The translations under genes and the position numbers were made by a program. The notes below the pieces were generated by a model that was not told where the DNA came from, searched no databases, and was given only the letters and a program-made list of their open reading frames with translations. From assembly GCA_964385995.1 (NCBI GenBank), contig CAYLRF010000004.1, positions 1 through 53,949 of the forward strand: 53,949 nt of DNA, in the 5' to 3' direction. This document shows positions 46,850 to 53,949 of this stretch, piece after piece. Numbering within the stretch: position 1 is the first letter of the stretch; the number at the start of each line of letters is the position of its first letter. This DNA comes from an uncultured Faecalimonas sp. (lineage in GTDB: Bacteria; Bacillota; Clostridia; Lachnospirales; Lachnospiraceae).

Positions 46850-46959
46850 ACTGTCAGCTATCCTCTTTTCCGACTTTTTCAAGTCATAAAGGCAGTTTTG
46901 GGAGCGGAGCTTCCAAACTTTCCTCTTTTCCGACTTGTTCTTCAAGTCATAAAGGTTCT
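46850..46959 (-). repeat. Family-1 module, 2 tandem copies (about 60-bp period) filling the recU-hisZ spacer
   Basis: Plus strand: CCTCTTTTCCGACTTTTTCAAGTCATAAAGG (46862-46892) and CCTCTTTTCCGACTTGTTCTTCAAGTCATAAAGG (46922-46955). Hairpin A (46896-46917) lies between them. Confidence 0.85.
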
Positions 46960-47493
46960 TCAGGATCTGGAATCAATATCTTTTTGAATAAAATCGAGGT
47001 AGGGCACGATGAACCCGCCCTCGAAACTCATAAAGAAATCACCGTCCAGCTCATCGCGTCTGAAACTGCTTCTTCCGCCATTTTCCCGACGCTCCCAGAA
47101 CCGTTTAATCTCGCAAAACTTCATATAGTATAATTCATCACGCGCCGTAAAGTAAAGCAGGAAAAAGGAAATGCCTCCCTGCCTCTCAAAGTCCTCCATG
47201 AACTTTACCTGATGAGGATGAACGTTCTGAAGCGGAAATGTATCCTCGTGACACTCCTTCGCGTCAAAGCAGACGGGAAGGCCCTGCACCGCTCCGATGT
47301 AATCGACGGTGCTTTTCTGACCGAAATACGCGAGAGTTATGTGCCTTTCACGCTTATCGATCTTCACGGGAGTAATCGGCGTTGGGATTTTCTGAATGAG
47401 CGCGAGGCCCGCCTCCCTGTAATGTTCGTTTGTCCTGTTTAAAAGCTCCTCGAAGGCGGAGCCTCTTAAGCCTCTTGAGTTCCATGTGGCCAT
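46960..47493 (-). CDS. recU: Holliday junction resolvase RecU
   Basis: 177 aa. GLRGSAFEELLN...STVDYIGAVQGLPVCFDAKEC is RecU-like. Confidence 0.88.
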   Translation of the reverse strand: MATWNSRGLRGSAFEELLNRTNEHYREAGLALIQKIPTPITPVKIDKRERHITLAYFGQKSTVDYIGAVQGLPVCFDAKECHEDTFPLQNVHPHQVKFMEDFERQGGISFFLLYFTARDELYYMKFCEIKRFWERRENGGRSSFRRDELDGDFFMSFEGGFIVPYLDFIQKDIDSRS

Positions 47494-47526
47494 CTTAAAT
47501 TTCGCCTCGTTTTACCGCCTTATCGC

Positions 47527-48594
47527 TTAAATGACGGTCTTTACGCGCTCTTTAAATATATCGGTGAGAATCCTCATGAAAAGATCTGGAAGCGGCGCGG
47601 TAAAACATCTGCCGCCCGCGGCCTCAAAAGGAGGCGAAAGCTCCGGGAATTTCGCTCGCCACGCGTGCAAAAACTGACTTTTAAGCCCGTATCGCTCCTT
47701 AAACGCGTCATTTACGGCCCCGTCGCCGTATTTATAATCTCCGACCACGGGATAACCCATGTGCGAAAGCTGCGCTCTTATCTGATGGGATCTGCCGGTT
47801 ACAAGCCGCGCCTTAAGCAGCGTATAACCCGCGTTTACAGGCGCGGCGTTTCCCGATATGTTTGTCTCGCTGTAAAGAAGCGGCTCAAATACAGTCTCTG
47901 CGGGAACGGCTCCGTCATTTTCCTCGTCATAAACCCGCACTCTGTTTGCGGCCTCATCCTTTAAGAGGTAGGTGCGCACATCGCGTCTGACTTTAAAATT
48001 CCCCGCCGCCAACACGAGGTAATATTTTTCAATCCTCCGCTCTCTTATGAGCCGTCCCGCTTCCCGCAGCGCGATAACGCTCTTGGCCGCGATTACGATA
48101 CCGCTCGTGTTTCTGTCAAGGCGGTTGCATACCGAGGGCTTAAAGCCTCTTATCCTGCCTCCCGTTATCTGCCCGGTGCTCAGCATATAGGATACGATCT
48201 CATCCGTCAGCGACTCTTCTCCTCCCGTCGCCGGCTGTGAAAGAAGACCCGCGGGTTTATTTACTATGATAAAGTTATCATCCTCATACAGGATGTCGGG
48301 CGCGGCGGGAGCTGATGCGACACCTTTTGACACGCGCGTCGCCGATAAACTCCCTGCCCGCTCACCTGAAAAATAGGACGAGAACTTCTCGAGCGTCTCA
48401 TCCGACGCGTAGATCTTTATGTCATCTCCCGTATCTAAACGCTCGTCGCCTTTGGCTCTCCTTCCGTTTAAGAGAATATTCCTCTTTCGAAGCATTTTGT
48501 ATGTGAAACTTTTTGGAGCCTTATCCAGGCATTTCATCATCATCTTATCGAGGCGCAGGCCCGCTTCCTCGAAAGTTACGATCAATTCTTTCAT
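47527..48594 (-). CDS. RluA-family pseudouridine synthase with N-terminal S4 domain
   Basis: 355 aa. Catalytic motif NRLDRNTSGIVIAAK and downstream GRSHQIRAQL. Confidence 0.88.
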   Translation of the reverse strand: MKELIVTFEEAGLRLDKMMMKCLDKAPKSFTYKMLRKRNILLNGRRAKGDERLDTGDDIKIYASDETLEKFSSYFSGERAGSLSATRVSKGVASAPAAPDILYEDDNFIIVNKPAGLLSQPATGGEESLTDEIVSYMLSTGQITGGRIRGFKPSVCNRLDRNTSGIVIAAKSVIALREAGRLIRERRIEKYYLVLAAGNFKVRRDVRTYLLKDEAANRVRVYDEENDGAVPAETVFEPLLYSETNISGNAAPVNAGYTLLKARLVTGRSHQIRAQLSHMGYPVVGDYKYGDGAVNDAFKERYGLKSQFLHAWRAKFPELSPPFEAAGGRCFTAPLPDLFMRILTDIFKERVKTVI

Positions 48595-48596
48595 GT

Positions 48597-49172
48597 TTAG
48601 AGAGAAATGTTTAAAATAACCGATTTTATCCGTTCTTCTTTTTCTTTATGATCCGAGGTGCGCATCATGGCTATGCTGTCAAGATCGATCACGCGCCCCG
48701 AAAAATCCTTGTAATCCTTAAATATCTTCACGGTCACATCCGTAAACTGATTCGCGTAAAGGATTTTCTTAATGTGCCGCTCTGCAAAATCCGTATTGAC
48801 CTTCGGATTTGAAGCGTAGCCGCAGACGGTATTATCGCTTATCACAATGCTGTCCACGCGCATGATCTGCTTCTCGCTCGTAAAGACAAGATCATACGCC
48901 ACAGTGACATGGGCCGAGATATTTTTGATCGCCTCCGCCATTTCCGGTTTAATCGAGCGGTGCGGCATAATCATTATGGTCTCAACCAGAGCCTTCGAAG
49001 CCGGCAGGCACCCGAGGATCGCCACGAGCGTAAGAAGATTAAGCTTGGTTCCCGTCGCGGCGATTCCGAGAAATATAAGAGCCATAACGACCCCGAACAT
49101 TAGCAGAGTCTTTATGACCGAGACGACTTTATGCTTTTTTATATAACCCGCGTCTCCCTTTTTAATCTTCAT
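48597..49172 (-). CDS. Uncharacterised membrane protein (two predicted TM helices)
   Basis: 191 aa from ATG 49172 (AAGAGGAG upstream). Hydrophobic segments VIKTLLMFGVVMALIFLGIAA and LLTLVAILGCLPA. I recognise no family. Confidence 0.6.
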   Translation of the reverse strand: MKIKKGDAGYIKKHKVVSVIKTLLMFGVVMALIFLGIAATGTKLNLLTLVAILGCLPASKALVETIMIMPHRSIKPEMAEAIKNISAHVTVAYDLVFTSEKQIMRVDSIVISDNTVCGYASNPKVNTDFAERHIKKILYANQFTDVTVKIFKDYKDFSGRVIDLDSIAMMRTSDHKEKEERIKSVILNISL

Positions 49173-49280
49173 AATCTCCTCTTTTCTGACGCGCTCCAGC
49201 GCGTCATCAAGGTAGTTTTGGAAGTTTACTTCCAAACTTTCCTCTTTCTTGACGCGCCCAGGCGCGTCATCAAGGTAATC
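49173..49280 (-). repeat. Family-1 module, 2 tandem copies (about 63-bp period)
   Basis: Coding-strand read: GACGCGC-CTGG-GCGCGTC and GACGCGC-TGGA-GCGCGTC, each followed by AGAAAGAGGA-type tracts. A perfect hairpin TTTGGAAG-TAAA-CTTCCAAA (49217-49236) lies between them. Confidence 0.85.
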
Positions 49281-49373
49281 TTCTTATACTCCGCGAAGAA
49301 GCGGCAAAATCACAACTTGTTCGGTAAATCGTCAGAAAGTCGGATCTTATTTTCCCCGACGTAAAGTCTGTTC

Positions 49374-50135
49374 TTACAAGACCTGCACGTATCCTTTCGC
49401 GATATCGTCATAATCACGTATGTAATAATCAGCGAGGCGCCTGATTTCATCCTTTCGCGGCGCGGAAAACTCATCCTCCACCGCGCAGACTTGCATGCCC
49501 GCGTTTTTCCCGGCCAGTATCCCCATGGGGACATCCTCAAACGCGAGGCACTTTTCGGGCGGGACATGAAGATCGCGCGCCACACTGAGATACACCGCGG
49601 GATCCGGCTTGCCGGCGTTTGCCTCGCAGGCCGTCCACATCGAGTCGACATATTCCGATACGCCGTTCGCCTTAAGCGCGGTCTGTGAAAGCTCTCTGTT
49701 TCCGCTGGTCGCGACCCCGATCTTTACGCCTCTTTTCTTAAGTCTTAATATAAAATCAAAGGCTCCGCTTTTTAGCGGCAACGAGGCGTAAAAATCATCC
49801 GCCATGTCAATCCACTCCCGCATAAGCTCATCCTCTGTCTGCTTTAACGCGGGAAAAAGTTCGAGAAAATAACGCGCCGTCTCCGGGAAACTCTTTCCTT
49901 CCATGCCCTCATAGAAGCCCTCGGGTTTTGTGAGCCGGTATTTTTCAAGAAAAATCTCGTCGATCTTAACCCATACTCCCATCGAATCCACCAGAGTCCC
50001 GTCGACGTCGAATATGACCGCAAAAATACCGTTAAGAAGAGTTTTCTCATCGACCGTTTTCGACGTGATATCGCCTATAGGCGCTTCGCGCGAGGTTTCA
50101 TTTAACGCCCTCTCTTGTAAAGTGTCCGTTTTCAT
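49374..50135 (-). CDS. HAD-superfamily hydrolase (beta-phosphoglucomutase-like subfamily IA)
   Basis: 253 aa. Motif I is FDVDGTLVDS. Also VATSG and a late ED motif. Confidence 0.8.
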   Translation of the reverse strand: MKTDTLQERALNETSREAPIGDITSKTVDEKTLLNGIFAVIFDVDGTLVDSMGVWVKIDEIFLEKYRLTKPEGFYEGMEGKSFPETARYFLELFPALKQTEDELMREWIDMADDFYASLPLKSGAFDFILRLKKRGVKIGVATSGNRELSQTALKANGVSEYVDSMWTACEANAGKPDPAVYLSVARDLHVPPEKCLAFEDVPMGILAGKNAGMQVCAVEDEFSAPRKDEIRRLADYYIRDYDDIAKGYVQVL

Positions 50136-50139
50136 CGTA

Positions 50140-51681
50140 TCAGCCGTTATCGCTCCATCTCCATCCGGGGTGATATTTATTCTTTAATACGCCCGAAAGA
50201 CTCTTGCCCCAGCCGAGGGCAAATCCGTCAACTGTGACAAGTCTCCACCCCTTCTTATCGTCGCTTTCGATATCGCTTATGTCCGTCGTCTCGCCCTTCA
50301 GATATCTGATGACACGCTCATCATCCGCCGCAAGACAAATCTCATCCTCATAATCTCCCTCGCGAAGACACATGGCAAGGGCTTGACTCGGCTCAAATCT
50401 GTCTTTTTTAAGGCTCCCCAGTAAAAGACCTTCCCTGAGGACGCGAACGCCTCCAAGAGACGGCAGGTCTTTCGGCGAAAGAAAAACCTGCTCGCCGCGA
50501 ACGGTTAAACGCGCGGGATCGCAGAAATCTTTTCGGGAAACACGTGAAAAAAAGTCATCCAAAGCTTCAAAAGAGAATGTGCCTTTCGGCGTAAGATCCC
50601 TTAGAGCGGCGTTCTTTCGCGCGGTATCCCTTCCCGCGGCTTTTTCCCGCGCGGTATCCCTTCCCGCGGCGCATTTCGCGGCACCGTAATCTTCGTTTCT
50701 GTCTGCCCCGGGCACGAGTGATCTTACCGTGTCGGCTTTTTTAAGCAGGGCGATAAAATGTCCCTCGCCACGCATTCTGTGCGGCCATATGCGCACCGCG
50801 TTTTTAAGTGATCTTAAGTTCTGGAAGTCGCACTTACAGTCACATAAAGAGCGACCGTCTCCTTCTCCCTTCATTTCAAAACCCCGTGCGAAGCCCTCAT
50901 AAGGCTTTACGGGTATCACGCTAAACTCCGGCATTTGCTCCATAAGACATGTTACGGCGCCCTCATCCTCGTCCGGATCGAAGGTGCAGGTTGAATAAAG
51001 CAGTGTTCCTCCCGGCTTTAACATCTTCGCCGCGGAAATCAAAATGCTTCTTTGAACCGGCACATAATACTCCGGCCCTTTTTTCTCCCACGCCTTTATC
51101 ATCTTCGGATCCTTGCGAAACATCCCCTCCCCGGAACAAGGAGCGTCAACAAGGATTTTGTCGAAATATTCCGGAAAAACCGAAACGAGACTTGAGGGAT
51201 CCGCGCAGGTTACGACGGCGTTTTTTATGCCCGCAGTCTCGATATTTTTAAGTAAGCCCTTCGCGCGTGAAGAGCTTATATCATTTGCGACAAGAAGTCC
51301 TTCCTCTCCGAGCACGCTTCCCACGGCCGTCGCCTTGCCGCCGGGAGCCGCGCAGATGTCAAGCACCTTATCGTAAGGCTGCGGGTTAAGACAGGCCGCG
51401 GGCGTCATGGCGCTCGGCTCCTGCAGGTAATACAGACCCGCGTAATAATAGGGGTGCTTTGCGGGCCGTACCTCATCCGCGTCGTAATAAAAGCCGTTTT
51501 TAATCCACGGTATCGGCTCAATCTTAAACGGGCATATTTCACGAAATCTTTCGACGGAGATCTTGGCTGTGTTCACCCGCAGCCCGGTGTGTCGCTTTTC
51601 GTCAAAAGACCGGATGAAATCATCAAACTCATCGCCCAAAAGCGGCTTCATCTTCGCGGTGAACTTCGGTGGAAGATACAT
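50140..51681 (-). CDS. rsmF: RsmB/RsmF-family 16S rRNA m5C methyltransferase
   Basis: 513 aa. DICAAPGGKAT, DAPCSGEGMFRK and LLYSTCT. Carries a low-complexity insertion with an internal duplication. Confidence 0.88.
   Translation of the reverse strand: MYLPPKFTAKMKPLLGDEFDDFIRSFDEKRHTGLRVNTAKISVERFREICPFKIEPIPWIKNGFYYDADEVRPAKHPYYYAGLYYLQEPSAMTPAACLNPQPYDKVLDICAAPGGKATAVGSVLGEEGLLVANDISSSRAKGLLKNIETAGIKNAVVTCADPSSLVSVFPEYFDKILVDAPCSGEGMFRKDPKMIKAWEKKGPEYYVPVQRSILISAAKMLKPGGTLLYSTCTFDPDEDEGAVTCLMEQMPEFSVIPVKPYEGFARGFEMKGEGDGRSLCDCKCDFQNLRSLKNAVRIWPHRMRGEGHFIALLKKADTVRSLVPGADRNEDYGAAKCAAGRDTAREKAAGRDTARKNAALRDLTPKGTFSFEALDDFFSRVSRKDFCDPARLTVRGEQVFLSPKDLPSLGGVRVLREGLLLGSLKKDRFEPSQALAMCLREGDYEDEICLAADDERVIRYLKGETTDISDIESDDKKGWRLVTVDGFALGWGKSLSGVLKNKYHPGWRWSDNG
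50618..50670 (-). repeat. In-frame 30-bp tandem duplication inside rsmF
   Basis: CGCGCGGTATCCCTTCCCGCGGC occurs at 50618-50640 and 50648-50670. It encodes AAGRDTAREK/AAGRDTARKN. Confidence 0.85.
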
Positions 51682-51744
51682 AAATCTCTCTGCCTTCGAT
51701 TTGCGGAAAATATGCGACTTATTATCGCGATGCCGGTTCTTATA

Positions 51745-51779
51745 GAAAAAAAGCGTAACCCTGTGAAGGAATTACGCCA
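51745..51779 (-). terminator. Rho-independent terminator
   Basis: Coding-strand read: GGCGTAA-(13 nt)-TTACGC followed by TTTTTTT. It lies 30 nt after the stop of the 51810 gene. Confidence 0.75.
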
Positions 51780-51809
51780 TATTATGTGAGGTTATTTAAA
51801 CGCCCTTTG

Positions 51810-52400
51810 TCATCTTGCCAGATTATCACCGAATTCGGCTTCCATGCCTCTGTCGGACTTATCGGGTATCTCAAGCTCGGCGCGGTTTGAGCGGATTATG
51901 TCGTAGCACTCCTGCAGGGAATTAACCAGGCTGTCATACTTGGACGTGTAACTGTCAAGCGTGTGACCGACGGCATTCTCGGCCTGCCCCAGCACGTCGT
52001 CGGCGTACTGAAGGGCTCCGATGCGGATGTCGTTGGCGTCGTTTGTGGCATTATCGAGTATGCTCTGCGCCTGCTCCGTGGCGGATGTCACTATATCATT
52101 CGCCTGAGCGTAAGCCTGCTGCATAATCTCATGCTCGCTCACCAGCTGATTCTTATAGGCCTCTGCCTGCTGAATCATGGCGTCCGCCTTAGCCTGAGCG
52201 TCCGCTATGATGGCGTCCTTGTTGGCGATAATCTTCTGGTAACGCTTTATCTCATCCGGCGTCTTCATGCGAAGCTCACGCAAAAGCTCGTCGATCTGAT
52301 CTTTATTCACAACGATCTTCGTCGTGGAAAGCGGCTGGAATTTGCAGCTGTCGATATAATCCTCAATCTCCTCAATAATCTGCTCAATACGGGTACTCAT
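51810..52400 (-). CDS. Coiled-coil protein of unknown function (ATP-synthase b/H-like low-complexity helix)
   Basis: 196 aa from ATG 52400 (AGAGGAG upstream): MSTRIEQIIEEIEDYIDSCKF... with long Ala/Gln-rich helices. The track's 13-codon extension is a translated repeat. Confidence 0.6.
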   Translation of the reverse strand: MSTRIEQIIEEIEDYIDSCKFQPLSTTKIVVNKDQIDELLRELRMKTPDEIKRYQKIIANKDAIIADAQAKADAMIQQAEAYKNQLVSEHEIMQQAYAQANDIVTSATEQAQSILDNATNDANDIRIGALQYADDVLGQAENAVGHTLDSYTSKYDSLVNSLQECYDIIRSNRAELEIPDKSDRGMEAEFGDNLAR

Positions 52401-52468
52401 TTTCTCCTCTTTTCTTTCCTGACGCGCCCTTCGCGTCATAAAAGCAGATTTGAAAGAAAACTCTCAAA
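52401..52468 (-). repeat. Family-1 module, single copy
   Basis: Coding-strand read: TTTGAGAG-TTTT-CTTTCAAA, linker TCTGCTTTTAT, GACGCG-AAGGG-CGCGTC, then AGGAAAGAAAAGAGGAGAAA-ATG. Confidence 0.8.
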
Positions 52469-52555
52469 TCCGCGCCTCCTTAATAAACTCCCCTTATTGA
52501 AATTTTAAATCTTTATTTCCCGCCGCAAATACGCCCGATACTCTCAGAACTTTAT

Positions 52556-52652
52556 CTTCACCGCGAGCTTTTCTTTAACCGACACAGGCCGCCGAGACCG
52601 CAATCGAAGCCGCCTCAGACTTTTCACTTCACCGCGAGCTTCTCTTTAACCG
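52556..52652 (-). repeat. 26-bp direct repeat: coaD 3' end duplicated 71 bp downstream
   Basis: CTTCACCGCGAGCTTTTCTTTAACCG (52556-52581) versus CTTCACCGCGAGCTTCTCTTTAACCG (52627-52652). The second is the last 8-9 codons of coaD. Confidence 0.85.
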
Positions 52653-53106
52653 CCCGCGACACGGCGTAAGGAACAAACGGAGAAATATCGCCGCCGGACT
52701 TTGCGATCTGCCTTACAAGCGACGAGCTGACATATGACATATCAGGGTCTGCCGCCAAAAAAATCGTCTCAAGACCCGGATACATCCTCCCGTTCGCGTG
52801 CGCCATCTGCGCCTCAAAATCAAAATCCGCCGCCTGACGCAACCCTCTTACGATAACCCGGCAGTTAGCAAGCCGCGCGAAATCGACCAAAAGCCCGTCA
52901 AAGGCGACGACCTTTACATTTTTAAGGCCGAAGGTTACTTTGTCTAGGATTATAACACGCTCGTCCGCCGAAAACAACGGAGTTTTATCACTGTTTTTAA
53001 GAACAGCGACGATAAGCTCATCCGCGAGAGCGGCGGCCCTCGCGATGATATCCATATGACCATTTGTCACGGGGTCAAAACTTCCGGGATAAATCAATCT
53101 CTTCAT
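52624..53106 (-). CDS. coaD: Phosphopantetheine adenylyltransferase
   Basis: 160 aa. YPGSFDPVTNGHMDII. Confidence 0.95.
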   Translation of the reverse strand: MKRLIYPGSFDPVTNGHMDIIARAAALADELIVAVLKNSDKTPLFSADERVIILDKVTFGLKNVKVVAFDGLLVDFARLANCRVIVRGLRQAADFDFEAQMAHANGRMYPGLETIFLAADPDMSYVSSSLVRQIAKSGGDISPFVPYAVSRAVKEKLAVK

Positions 53107-53121
53107 GACTTAAATCTCTTA

Positions 53122-53306
53122 CTGATATTACGGTTGTTTGGCGCAACAAGCTCCCGCAATCCTACCCTGATATCGTTTTATCCACGGACATGCGCGTATT
53201 TGCGTTGAAACTCGGAGCAATGAAGCGGCAGGCGATGCGTCTTATTCACGGACACGCGCGTATTTGCGTGCCTTCGGGGGATACAGGTTTGTCAGCGTAT
53301 TTATCA
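53122..53306. repeat. Family-2 intergenic element, copy B (about 185 bp) filling the rsmD-coaD spacer
   Basis: The left end CTGATATTACGG...GCTCCCGCAATCCTACCCTGATATCG parallels 38493-38560. Contains an internal ~30-bp direct repeat CACGGACAYGCGCGTATTTGCGT (about 53173 and 53247). The right end CGTATTTATCA overlaps the rsmD stop. Confidence 0.55.
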
Positions 53307-53858
53307 TGCCGATTTTTTAAGGAACACGTGTTTATTGTTCTTATATTTCTTCTCCCTGGTAACGGTATATCCGAGACCCGGCGCGTAGGAAAAATCGGTA
53401 TTAAGCGAACCTTCCACAATAAAGGTCGCGTCTTTTGCGGGGACGGATGATGACGCCAGATACTCTAACGCCCTCTTTTCAAGCTGTCTGTCATAGGGAG
53501 GATCCATGAAAATATAATCAAATGTAAATCTCCCCTCCATGAGCCTTAAAGCCTTCAGCGCGTCCGACCTGTACACACGCGCCCGACCGGTAAATCCCGC
53601 GGCGGCAAGATTTGCACGTATACATCTTACCGCGGCCGGCGACTCATCCGCAAAGACGGCAAACACGGCTCCCCGGCTAAGCGCCTCTATCCCTATGCCT
53701 CCGCTCCCGCTGAAAAGATCGAGAAACGCGGCCCCCTGCATGTCGCCTGATATGATGTTAAAAAGCGTCTCCTTTACGCGATCGGCGGTCGGCCTCGTAT
53801 TTAGCCCCGCCGGGGTATCAAGCCGTATCCTTCTCGCGCTGCCCGCTATAACTCTCAT
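53304..53858 (-). CDS. rsmD: 16S rRNA (guanine966-N2)-methyltransferase
   Basis: 184 aa. RPTADRVKETLFNI, LDLFSGSGGIGIEALSRGA, FMDPPY. Confidence 0.92.
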   Translation of the reverse strand: MRVIAGSARRIRLDTPAGLNTRPTADRVKETLFNIISGDMQGAAFLDLFSGSGGIGIEALSRGAVFAVFADESPAAVRCIRANLAAAGFTGRARVYRSDALKALRLMEGRFTFDYIFMDPPYDRQLEKRALEYLASSSVPAKDATFIVEGSLNTDFSYAPGLGYTVTREKKYKNNKHVFLKKSA

Positions 53859-53902
53859 GCGAAAAGTCCCTCTTTTGATAAAGTCTCCCGCGCCGTTATA
53901 CG

Positions 53903-53928
53903 AAAAAACCCTGCGCCCTGCGCGGGGG
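53903..53928 (-). terminator. Probable terminator of the upstream (off-window) gene
   Basis: Coding-strand read: CCC-C-GCG-CAGGG-CGC-A-GGG followed by TTTTTT. One C.A mismatch in the stem. Confidence 0.45.
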
Positions 53929-53949
53929 CACCGGATATAAGCCTGCCCC

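Noticed and set aside
46850-46945. N-terminal extensions of hisZ (to 46945), the membrane protein (to 49235), the coiled-coil gene (to 52439), ftsK (to 8663) and scfA (to 25849) as given by the ORF track
   Set aside because: The extensions are translations of intergenic repeat units or leaders. The internal ATGs have proper SD spacing and match the expected protein N-termini.
49286-49373. Terminator after the HAD gene (CCGC-TTCTTC-GCGG)
   Set aside because: The stem is only 4 bp and no U-tract follows, so the support is insufficient.
1-53949. Prophage, integrative element, toxin-antitoxin or defence island
   Set aside because: There is no integrase, transposase, recombinase, restriction, abortive-infection or phage structural gene. 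There is no tRNA or att-like boundary. Gene order matches conserved Firmicutes housekeeping synteny.

Overview
This 54-kb window is a chromosomal core segment of a Clostridia-type Firmicutes genome. It looks moderately GC-rich by eye (not computed). All ~48 credible protein genes lie on the minus strand. The plus-strand ORFs in the track look like antisense shadows.

Gene content is housekeeping:
- NfnAB, folD, ftsK/spoIIIE, yebC, nnr, rex and alaS.
- A split methionine synthase set (metF, MetH activation-domain protein, metH), plus glgA.
- The conserved Firmicutes block nusB-xseA-xseB-ispA-dxs-tlyA-nadK-argR-recN.
- A partial his operon (hisZ-hisG-hisD-hisB, then a HisA/F-like domain fused to HisIE) and a separate PHP histidinol phosphatase.
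- lysC, recU, rsmF, rsmD-coaD, and a SCIFF peptide with its radical-SAM maturase.

I found no rRNA, tRNA, CRISPR, transposase, integrase, phage or recognisable defence genes.

The unexplained signal is in the spacers:
1. A family of about 57-63-nt modules. Each is hairpin A, a short linker, hairpin B, then a GGGAAAGAGG Shine-Dalgarno-like tract. They are always co-oriented with the genes, usually abut the next start codon, and form tandem arrays of 2-3 copies. Stem differences between loci are compensatory.
2. A second repeat family of about 170-185 bp upstream of lysC and coaD, with GTGATAT/ATATCAC-type ends.
3. A 3 x 36-bp tandem repeat upstream of ftsK.
4. A duplicated coaD 3' end.

Other points of interest are the degenerate HisA/F barrel fused to HisIE, the TIGR03960/TIGR03936-type radical-SAM pair of unknown function, and charged low-complexity insertions in several housekeeping proteins. 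All calls come from reading the sequence and by-eye motif recognition; no searches were run.
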